A stretch of DNA of 64,000 bases from Antedon mediterranea (taxonomy: Eukaryota; Animalia; Echinodermata), in NCBI RefSeq assembly GCF_964355755.1, contig NC_092670.1, forward strand, positions 34,212,388-34,276,387. The letters are read 5' to 3'. Position numbers and translations under genes: made by a program. Of the stretch, positions 50,565-61,778 are shown piece after piece. Under the pieces are notes generated by a model. The model did no database searches and was not told the DNA's origin. It saw nothing but the letters and a program-made list of their open reading frames with translations. How positions within the stretch are numbered: the stretch's first letter is position 1; the number at the start of each line of letters is the position of its first letter.

Positions 50565-51408
50565 GATTTAAATTTAAGCATTTTTGTGAATTTATAGCTT
50601 TTCTTTGTGATTTAAGATCAAAACAGAGATCATATCAATACGAAAAAAATATGACCGCAGAAAGTTGATATGCCATCCTATGACCTGAAACAAACGATAA
50701 ATTCGTTAATAATGAAAATTATGAAGATAGTCTAGGCCAGCATTCTGCAAACTTTTTATTTCGTGGCCTGAAATCCGGTTCGTGGGAACAAACTGCCCAA
50801 CTGGACCAACGTAATGATTGGGGCTGAGATAAGAATAAGATGTTGACCTGTACTGTAGGTCCCCGGAAATTGCATTGTAATTTTTTGGAAGGTAAAATTG
50901 CGCTGATGATCTGCCGAAAATCAGCGCAGTCCAAGGTTTCCCCTTTGTAACGCACATGATACATATCACCGGATTATCTTGGTTTTTTTAATTTCTCAAG
51001 CCACACCGCAGCCCTTCAAAAATGTTTCGCGGCTCAAATTAATTTGTAGGACGTCGGTCAAGGCCTATTATCAATTGTACAGGCTAAAGTAAAATATTGG
51101 CACAGCTGTACAGTATCTTTTTCACAATATGAGGTCAAACTATTAAATGTAAACAAAATTCTGAATATGACATTGTTTTGACGTAATTGGCTAAGGACAC
51201 GTTTCCACTAAACAATTTTGAAGGTAAATTTATAATCTAATTGTAAATAATTTTGTATTGATTGTAAAATATTAATTGTTAATGCACGTTCAATATTACT
51301 GTAGCAATCTGTTTATTGCAATCTATTTCAATATAAACATGAATACAACAAAAACAATTTTATTATTGTTGTGATCAAAGTTTTGTCTACAGATGAGCTT
51401 TAATTTTA

Positions 51409-52141
51409 GGCTACGGTCACACTACAGCCTCAAGCCTGACGCGACTCACCGCGATTGACCGAACGTGGACCGACTCGCGTCTGGCTTGAAATCGATTTCA
51501 ATCCAGGCAACTCAACCCAGACGCGCTACCCAGATTGACCAGGATTGACATTTTTTTGGGAATCTGGCCAATCACAGGCATCAACTGTGTTGTTTATTGG
51601 GAATTTTAGTGGATGGATATCCACATGGCTTTTTTCGTGGATCGTTAAAATTCGTCAAGTTTTGAAGATATCAAAGAGATTTGTGCATTCATTTTTCTTC
51701 TTGTAATCTGACTCTGAGGTCCTTCGTAACTATCACCGGCATTTTGTACGCTGTGCATTGCTATCTAGTGATTGAATTGAAGACGAAACTAACATCGACT
51801 AGCCTACTTAATTAGATAGGATACTGCCGGTCTGCGGCAGGCCTAGACCTACCTATATTAATATTATGCTTACGATCAGTCGATTACATATATATTTTAA
51901 ATTAAAATCATCTACAATAACAACAAAATGCATAGGACTAGTGAATTCTAAATAAAATTGTAAGTATGTACTACAGATTGGCTCACGTAATTTATTTAGC
52001 TAGCCGACTGATTTCCGGTTCCGTTCGGAGAACAACCCAACAGAATTTGAATAGTGTGACCGCCCAATAAACTCAAGCCTGGCTTGAAATCTCAATCGCG
52101 GTGAGTCGTGCCAGGCTTGAGACTGTAGTGTGACCGTAGCC
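51409..52141. mobile_element. PIF/Harbinger-like MITE with ~48-bp TIRs
   Basis: ggctacggtcacactacag...cgcgattga / tcaatcgcg...gtgtgaccgtagcc; flanks TTA/TCA. Confidence 0.82.
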
Positions 52142-54015
52142 TCAATAACCATACTATTATTATACTATTATTACTAATAAAAGAAAATGCCTTTAACTTA
52201 CAGTAGTATTATTTTATATACTGTATATATTTATAAATATTTTATAGGTTTCCTATGATTTGTTTTTGTACATAATGTAATTCTATTCTATTGTGTAGTA
52301 CTATACCATGAGATTGAGAATCATATAACACACCTGGGTGTATTATTGCCATTTGATTGGTTAATATGCATCACATACAGTTCAATATTAGTTCTAATGA
52401 ATGGAAAACTGATACAGTATATAATGATGCTCTAATGTAACAGTACAATAAGCTTTTGTAAAAATTAATCAATTTCTTTAATTGCAATGTTTTATACAAT
52501 ACATTAAAAAAATTTCGGCTTTGTTTTCTAAACGTACAGGGTTTTCAATTTGGCTACAATGTGGGCGAGGCTTGCGCGATGCAAATAATGTTAAAGTTAT
52601 ATATTTCACCTTTTTGGCATGTTACAGTACATAAGTTACACCAACAGCACTGCTGATTGGAAACATGTGTTTTATTGACAATTTACAATAAAATATATAA
52701 CTGAAAAGATATATGTCTGTCTTTCATAATTTGTTTTTCTGTAAAATAAATCTCTACATCTGCCCGAAAATACACCTAATTTTTTCCCGATTAAACCCTG
52801 TAACTCTGAACAACTTAAAACAATGTTGTTGCTAAAATGGGGTTTAGCACCTTATAATAATGAAAAGCTGATCTCTTTCATTTTCGTTTTGACGTATAGC
52901 AATTCATACATGCATTTAAGTACAAAACAAATAACAATCATAGTTTCTTATTATTATAATCTTGTGCATTGAATCAAGAATGGAAATGTACAGTATGTTT
53001 ATGCCAAAGTTTAAATTCAGGTATACAGCACCTACAAAGTATTAGTTGTGCATCATCATATAATATTTCCTTTTATTATTTCCATAATTTCCTTTAATCC
53101 ATTCCTTATTGATTGCAGGAATCTTAGCAGTACAAAGAAACATAGAGGGCAGCAGTAGCAATCCTAAGATTGATTGTTATTTTTGTACGATAATAAAAAA
53201 AATGGTAAAATGATAAAATGATGATAACATTTTATTTATACCTATTTTTAATCAATTAATAATTGAGCACCCTTCAGAAATCCATCGCCAGCTTAGCTTC
53301 GTGAAAATCATCGCTAGGCCTTCCGATAAAAGTATGGAGGCCTCACAGAATATAAAAAAGTTAGCCGATCTATAGAGGGCGCTGTTATGGCCATTATTAT
53401 TATATAACTATAACAAATAATATTTTGTACATGTTCCTCGTAAAACGAATTACACAAACCAAAAATGGTGTTGGTTGTCAAAGCATGCCACGTGAGGAAG
53501 AGCCTGTGGTTTCCACAGCACCCGTGAATGAGGCAAATCTAAACGCTGCGCTTGTTTCCATAGCGACTTCTATAATACCAAAAGCCAATAAGTTAACTCC
53601 AGCGATTTTAGAAGCCATCGCAGCAGCGTTGAGGGCTACTGTACACCGAGGGATGAGCCCACGGTGGGCCCTCGACAGCATTCTCTTATACCATATTATC
53701 CAGTGCCCCCTCTTCACACACCTTTCTCGTACTCTGAAGGACCTTCAGTGAAGGAAGGTACACTAGCGATCGCACAATACTAATGCTCTCTGATGAGGAG
53801 AGAGCCGCGGACATGCGGGGGCCCAGTGAGGAAGGATTGCAGGAGTTAGTAAACAAGACACTTCCGGCGCAACTTGGGTATCTCGGCATCGGATACTATT
53901 TGGGTGAACCTAAACCGACGAATTTCATTTTGTTGGTAAAGAAAATTTTTGTTTTTAATTACTTTAATTTTATGAATTTTATTTATTTAAATTTTTAATT
54001 TGTATGTTATTGTAT

Positions 54016-55329
54016 CAGGGCTCGAAATTCACGCTAGCAAACTAGCATTTTGCTAGTAGATTCTTGATAATTGCTAGTTGAAAATTTCATAACTAGCAAA
54101 TGTTTGCTAGTGTAATTTTTGAAAAAATACGTACTTTTTAGCTTAGCCACGCTAGCCGCCAATCGCTATGTCGACAACGGCAAATAGGAACCAATTTGGT
54201 GAAAACAATTGTTTCATTTACACGCCGCCAATTTACGTCAAGGAAACGCTAATAGCACCGTGAATCATGTGGTAGCATAGTTGTTAACGATGTGCATTAT
54301 ATTAACAGCAAGCTTTTCCCCAACACAAAAGCATGTGCATTTAGTACGTCGCTAAGGATTACATCATCAGTCACCTGATTACAGAATACGCGATTATCAA
54401 TTTAGGGATTTAACGAAATAAATATTTTGCCTACACAGTGGTCGAAGCGCGTATTTAATAGATTCGCAAATAGTAAACACCCCCCACTTAATGGACTCTT
54501 CCAATTTTGGAGAAAAACGTCTCCTCGGCACACCACGAGGTCCTGTTGTTTGTGCGATGGATTTTCTTACGCCTATATTGTTTACCTGTGGAATTAAATT
54601 ACACACACTTTCGCATCACAACTTTAATTACTGATTTTACATAGCAATGAGCAAAGGATTCATCAAAGAAGAATACGTTGAATAAAAATTCACTTAAGAA
54701 ATGCCGTAAGCTGTTTTCAAACTATTGATCAGCCCACTATTATTCCAACATCATGCCTCTCGTGCGATAGGGAATTTCCTGGATAGAGACGAGTGGAGCG
54801 CGAGAGACGGCGGAGTGAGGCGGGCGTAGCTTGGGACGGATTAGTAGTTAGGGCCTACCAATTTCGCTCGGTGGCAATTAAATTTAATGTTTTAATTACG
54901 TCTGGATATATAAACAATATAAAACTCAGTTTTGTCATCGGCAATAATATTTTATACATAGGCCTAGTCAATTTTGTTCCGCTTCAAATTTTAAAAGTTT
55001 CGACCTAAAAAAAAGTGGGCCGAAACGTCTCGGGACGAATCGTCCATAGGCCGAAACGCCCTTGATTTGGCTAGCATGAAAGCATGTCTTGATCTTTTTT
55101 TAATTTGGCTAAAAAGGGTACTACTACTACTACAGCTTTGCCTAGCAGCTAGGCCTACACCTAAAAGCCAGGTCTAGGTCTACACCTAAATAAATTCAGT
55201 TTTGTGTAGAATTTAACTATTTTACCGAAAAAAAATTGTGATTGCTAGTTATGCTGCTGATTTTGCTAGTTAATTTTTTTACAACTAGCAAAGTTTGCCA
55301 ATCGAAAAAAAAGTAAATTTCGAGCCCTG
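54016..55329. mobile_element. hAT-like MITE with 6-bp TSD and subterminal (a/g)CTAGC repeats
   Basis: TIRs cagggctcgaaatt / aatttcgagccctg; TTGTAT on both flanks (54010-54015, 55330-55335). Confidence 0.85.
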
Positions 55330-55531
55330 TTGTATTGTCAGATTGTATTTTTGTGAGGGTCCCTAATGATGACAGCTTTGGCTGGATGGACCACCCTTGT
55401 AAAATATTGTTGAAATGAATGAATAGTTGCATCATTATTTAATGTTATATTTCTATTTGTTTTATTGGTTATCCGCAACTAGTAAGTTGCGGATAACCCT
55501 TGTTATTGTCACGTTTCTTTTTCTTCATCTT

Positions 55532-58500
55532 TATTAGTTATCCGCTTAGTAGCGGATAACTCCTTGTAATCGTCCTGTTTCATCATATTTTTTTTTCTTT
55601 TCTGTATTATTAGTTATCCGCATTCAGCGGATAACTCCTTGTAACTGTCCTGTTTCATCATCTTTTTTTTTTCTGTATTCTTCTTTCTTTCTGTCATTTT
55701 TGTGCCACGCGTAACTAAAAAACGTGTAAACATAACATTTTATAACTTTGTCAACATGTGGGCATTCACGTGAAGTTGTGCACCTGATATTGTGAATGAC
55801 GTCAGAGTTGCGCAACGTGACTTACGCGCGTTTTTATGAATTTCGCGTATTTAACATAGATTGAAAACCATATAACATTTTAATTTGAAACTTAGAAAAA
55901 CTTTAAGTTATATCTTGCGCTAACTGACTGTGGGAAAAAAATGGCATGTTTCACACGAAGTTACGCGCGCACGCGTGTTTAAAATTTCAAAATGCGAAAA
56001 ATCAATTTCTAATCAACTTTCTACACGTTTTATGTCATTTTGAGCATGTCAAAAATTCCCACATGAGCGCATATTTTTACGCACGCTGTGCGCACGTAGC
56101 GTTGAAAACAATTTTTTTTCTTGTGATTTATGTTTTTCCAGCCTTTTCAAGTACTTTTACCAACTTTTAAACAATTTTGAATTAAAATTAACGTCATACG
56201 AGCACGTCGAATTGGATAATTTACGTACGTTTTTGATGAAAAAGTTCAAAAATTCCTTAAAATTTGTCAAAATTATACCTTTTTTAAAACAGTCTTAGTT
56301 TCTAAACTAAACGGTAAAAGTTATTTTTATTAGGTATTCTGGAAGATGATGAGTTGTAGATATCGTATCATGCATCAATATTGCTAACAGGACATTTTGA
56401 CGTCATCGTATGGCCATGCGAATATAAAATATAGGATTTTTGTATCTTTCGTCATAGAGCATCACATTTAATAGAGCGCATCTCCACTTACCCTTTTTTC
56501 ATTTTAACCCAGATTTTGATATTTTCTAGGTCAATCAACTACCTTTCGCATGGGTTAAAAATATTTTAATTTTTTTGACGTCATCATTTCTAAAAATGTA
56601 AATAACGTGGGTCACTTATTTTCATCTTTACAGTAACTTTCAATCTGTTATAGCTCGTCAGAATAAAAAGCGGTATTCATGATTAAAACGTTTTCTGGAA
56701 GCTATTGTATTGTAAATACGAATTCATGTCAACATTTTTCCAATCCGACGTTGTGACGTCATCATATGGCCAGTTGAATAAAAAAAGTCGTATTTTCATC
56801 TTTTGCGTCATAGTTCATCACATTTAAAAGAGCGTGCATCTATATTTTACGTATTCTAATTTCTTCTACATGTTAATATGTTGTTGCTGAGATAATTTCC
56901 TTCCGAAATTACTACCTTCGCGTTTCATTTTGAAACCGTCAACATGTTAAAAATTGGAATAAAATACGGGTCCTGTAATTTCACCTATTTTACACTGTCG
57001 GTGATATGTATACAGATTATAGTGTGTATACTATATGACACAAAATATACAGCATTCAGCACTAACAACACATCATATTCTTCAGTTCAGGTAATAATGC
57101 CATAATCTTTTTCTGTGTGCAAAATTCCAACGTATGACGTGCGCGTCGCGTTTGTCGAGCGGATAACTAACTCGTCAAAGTGACGAGTTTCATGTCTAGT
57201 TCTTCTTTCCTTCTGTCATTTTTGTGCGTCGCGTTTCTCTAAAACGTGTAAACAGAACATATCGTAACTTTGTCAACATATCGACATTTACGTGAACTTG
57301 TGCACCTCCTATTTTTGAATGACGTCAGAATTGCGCAACGTGACTTACGCACGATTTTATGAATTTCAATGATTGATCATAGACTAAAAACCAAACATAA
57401 TTTTGTTTTGACATTTTGTGAAAATTTAAGTCATATCAAGCGCAAACTTTCTATGGATTAAAAATAGCATGTTTCACAAAAAGTTACGCGCGCACGCGCG
57501 TTTAAAATTTTAGAGTGCGAAAAATCAACTTCTAATCAACTTTCTATGTGTTTCATGTCATTTTGAGCATGTCAAAAATTCCCACGCGCGAAAATTTTTA
57601 CGCACGCGGTGCACACGTAGCGTTAAAAACATATTTTTTTCGCGTGATTTATGTTTTTTCAGCCTTTTCTAGTAATGTTACCAAATTTTAAACAATTTCG
57701 ACTTAAAATTACGTCATACGAGCACGTCGAATTAGATAATTTGCACGCGTTTTTGGTGAAAAAGTTAAAAAATTCGTCAAAATTATGCCTATTTTTAAAC
57801 AGTCATAGATTCTAAACTACATGGAGAACTTTTTTTTAATTACATATTCTGGAAGTTGATGAGTAGTAGATATCGGATCATGCATTAATATGGCTAACCG
57901 GACATTGTGACATCATCGTATGGCCACGCGAATATAAAATATAGGATTTTTGTCTCTTTCGTCATAGCTCATCACATTTAATAGAGCGCATCTCCACTTA
58001 TTCGTTGTCCATTTTCACCCCGATTTTAATATATTCTAGGTTAATCAACTATCTTTTGCATGAATTAAAATTTTTTTAATTTTTTTAACGTCATCATGCC
58101 TAAAAATTTAAATTACGTTGGTCATTAATTTCATCTTTACAGTAAATTTTAATCTGTTATACCTCGTAAGAATAAAATGCGATAATCATGATTAAAACGT
58201 TTTCAGGAAGCTATTGTATTGTAGATACAAAATCATGTGTAAATTGTGCCAATCGAATGTTGTGATGTCATCATATGGCCAGTTAAATAAAAAAAGTCGT
58301 ATTTTCATCTTTTGCATTATATTTCATTACATTTAAAAGAGCGCGCATCAATATTTCACGTACTCAAATTTCTTCTACACGTTAATATGTTGTTGCTGAG
58401 ATAATTTCATTCAGAAATTTCTACTTTTGCATTTCATTTTGAAACCGTCAAGATGTTAAAAATTACAATAAAATACGGGTCCCGTACTTTCACCTATTTT

Positions 58501-58707
58501 ACACTGTTTGTGATATGTATACAGATTGTACTTTGTATACTATATGACAAAAAATAACAGAATTCAGAAATAACAACATATCATATTCTTCAGTTCAGGT
58601 CATAATGCCTTAATATTTTTCTGTGTGCAATATTCTAACGTATGACGTGCACGTGGCGTTTGTCGAGCGGATAACTAACTCGTCAAAGTGACGAGTTTCA
58701 TGTCTAG
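55532..58707 (+). mobile_element. HINE/Helentron B (middle): head 55532-55607, body 57200-58707
   Basis: Palindrome agttatccgct-tagt-agcggataact; 3' end gcggataact + aactcgtc-aaagt-gacgagtt hairpin + CTAG at 58704-58707. Confidence 0.8.
55608..57199 (+). mobile_element. HINE/Helentron C (inner, complete)
   Basis: Head palindrome at 55612-55636, TTCT tract, 3' subTIR + hairpin + CTAG at 57196-57199; ~1.5-kb body homologous to B. Confidence 0.85.
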
Positions 58708-59005
58708 TTCTTCTTTCTTTCCCGGATTTTTGTTGCAGCTATGGGCCTGTTTCTGCTGCAACTGCTCAAAATACGGTATAAAAATACGGTATAAAATACG
58801 GTATTTTTTATACCGTATTTTTTAGTACCCCGTTTCTGCTAAAAATACTTCTTGGGTGGTCGTGTTAAATTTCATCTTTATTACCCAAGCGGCCATTCTT
58901 GAACAGGAAGTCTGTGTTTGACCCGAGTATACTGAGCGTGCGCACTGTAACTCAGGAATTTCCACTCTCGATGTCTCACATGTGTTACATGTCCCGACGA
59001 TAAAC

Positions 59006-61156
59006 ATGGTAGACGTAACGAAAAACTTCGTAGTTTTGATTGCGATAATTAAAAGTCGCAATGAAGGCAGTTTTACGCTCAACTTTCAACAGCCTAGCCC
59101 TAGTGATACTAGAGATGTTGTGAGAGCACATATACACAGGCAGGGAAGAAGAAGACGTTTTCTAACAACATTAGCCGCTATTTTGGGAACATCAAACAAT
59201 GAAGTTGGTATGCATGAGAGGCCTAGAAGGCGCGCCAGGGCTAGGCGACCTCGTAACCCAATTGTGTCTTTAGACTGGTGGAACGAAACAGTTTGCAACC
59301 GTTACACCGCCCATTTGTGGAAAGAAAATTTCCGTATGTCAAAAGGTAATTATTATTATTTATATTTATTATTATTGTTGATTATTATAACAATTAGAGG
59401 CCTTAAATAATTTGGCTGGAAGTCAAGTAAAGTAGGGTACGTACTCGTAGTACTAGCTAGTATAGTAGGCGGCCGGGCCTCATGCTCTAGAGGATTAACC
59501 TCTAACCCCCTAACTAAATATTAATAAATAAACTGGCTTTTAGGCAGGCCTAGCCTGTAAAAATGTTTTCTAGGCTATGCTTAGTCTTCTACTACTTACT
59601 AAAATTACTGTGGTACAGTAGTAGTACTACTACTGCTGCACTGCACAGTGGGTACTAGTGCTACGTAAACGATGGGTTGCTTTATTATTAGTTTAGGATG
59701 ATCAGTTGGTTGATTAGTGGGATTAGTGAAAAGGCTAGAGAACTACAGTACTTACAACAATGGTGATTTATGAAATAAAAAACTATATTAACTTATTTAA
59801 AATTTTGTTTAGACACTTTTACTGTTCTATGTGGAATACTGCGGCCAAGTTTACAAAGAGAAGCAACAAACTTTGGTAATGGGATGACCGTAGAGCATGT
59901 AGTTGGCATGACGCTTTGGAGACTTTCAACGTGTTGCGACCTTCGCACAATTGGAAATCTCTTTGGTGTGCACAGGTCTACTGTCTCCAGATCCATAAAG
60001 CAAGTGTGTCAGGCAGTGGTAGACCTCATGTACGATGACTACATTGTTTGGCCAGTAGGAGATCGCTTGACTACTACTGTAGCAGGCTTCAATGAACTGC
60101 ATGGCTTTCCTCAATGTGCAGGTGCCATTGACGGATCACACATCCCTATTCTTGCACCTAAAGAGTCAAAAGCTGACTACTTCAATCGCAAGGGCCACTA
60201 CTCTGTTATACTACAAGCAGTAGTAGATCATAAATTAAGGTAACTTGGCACTACAGTACTGTGTGTGTTATTGCATGGCTAACAATACATTTTTTGTAAC
60301 TATGATGTTTCAAATTAAAATTGAACTCATTAATCGAATCAAGTATTGTATTTTTGTTTTAAACATAGTCTATTTGTTAATTGTGTAATTATTTTGGTAG
60401 TAAACCTTTTGGTTTCAGATTCACAGACACGTATGTTGGATGGCCTGGGAAGGTACATGATGCCAGAGTTTTTAGGAACTCTTCATTATTTGAAAAGGGT
60501 CAAAACGGTCAGCTATTTCCTAGGGTTAGTGGTCGAAACAGATTATGTTTTATGTACAATAAATCCCCGAGCAGTTAACATAATTAAAAACTGACATTAT
60601 TAACAGCATCACATTTTAAAAATAAAATCAGTGAAAATGTCTGCATACTGACAGATGAGGAGGTTGTATGCAAATTAAATTATTATTCATGAATAAATTT
60701 ACAGAATAAAAACCTTATTTCTTATTTTTACATATTTAACAGACTACTGTTAACATGGAGAATGTGGAAGTGCCGATTTTTATTATCGGTGATCCAGCAT
60801 ATCCGCTACTTCCATGGTTGATGAAGGGTTTTCCGCAACGAGGAAATGAACACCAACGGCACAGGCTATTTAACTACAAACTCAGCAAGGCCAGAATGGT
60901 TGTGGAGCGTGCGTTTGGTCTTCTAAAAGGAAGATGGCGCATTCTGATGCGTAGGAATGACTCGCACGTGTCCAAGGTGCCATTGATGGTCAATGCTTGT
61001 TGTATATTGCATAACTTTTGCATAGAACAGAATGACTTGTATGATGACATACTACCAGAATTACAAGAATTACAAGAAAATGATGTAGCAGGTGACAACA
61101 ACCCACAACCAGGTGCTGTAGATATTAGGAATGCTTTACTTAACCACCTGACATAG
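59006..61156 (+). CDS. Harbinger DDE transposase (HARBI1/ALP1-like). Exons 59006-59345, 59813-60239, 60419-60524, 60743-61156
   Basis: WKENFRMSK, GAIDGSHI, DYFNRKGHYS, GWPGKVHDARV, IGDPAYPL, VVERAFGLLKGRW, CCILHN. Spliced frame is open and the D-D-E triad is intact. Confidence 0.93.
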
Positions 61157-61778
61157 ACTTTCCATTATTTAATAAAATATTTTATTTGTTATTAAATTAT
61201 TATTACTTTCCGTTCTATACAAACATTATTATTAAAGACACTTTTCCTGCAATTTTTGATGTTTTGTAAAAAATAATGCATATATTTAAAAATATTAAAC
61301 CAAGTCATTCCTTGTCCTAAAAGACACAAAAATGAAGAGAAAAAAAAAGAAACAGGACAATCCCAATTGCATTAAAATGTTTACTTTTTATTCAAAAACA
61401 CTAATTATTATATAAATAAGTTTAGAGTTGGACGGAAGCAAGTAACCCTGAATGAAATAAGTTAAAGCAAGAATGTGTTATTGCACATAATGATGTTATT
61501 GCATTTTTTTGAGTTGTAAAGGTATATTACTATATAAAGTGGAGTTAAGTAATATGAAATACTGTACCACTGGTTTTATTTACAATGTTGAGAGTGAAAG
61601 GCATTTTGGTTTACTAATGCTATAACTAATAAAACATGCTATATTTTTTTTCTAAAATAATATCTAAATCTACAGAATAAAATACAAATATCTAATATAA
61701 TTATAAATGTGGTTTTTTACATTATTTACATGTTGCTGAGAAGGAAAGACAAGTTGTTTGGAAACAAAAACATGAAAT

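Larger units (their letters stand above)
55463..58742 (+). mobile_element. HINE/Helentron A (outer): head at 55463-55531; body apparently resumes at 58708 and is cut off by the Harbinger
   Basis: Palindrome ggttatccgcaact-agta-agttgcggataacc at 55467-55498; its ttctt tract continues after 58707. Confidence 0.6.

Noticed and set aside
55608-58707. Head-to-tail tandem Helitron array
   Set aside because: Junction sequences show nesting rather than concatemers.
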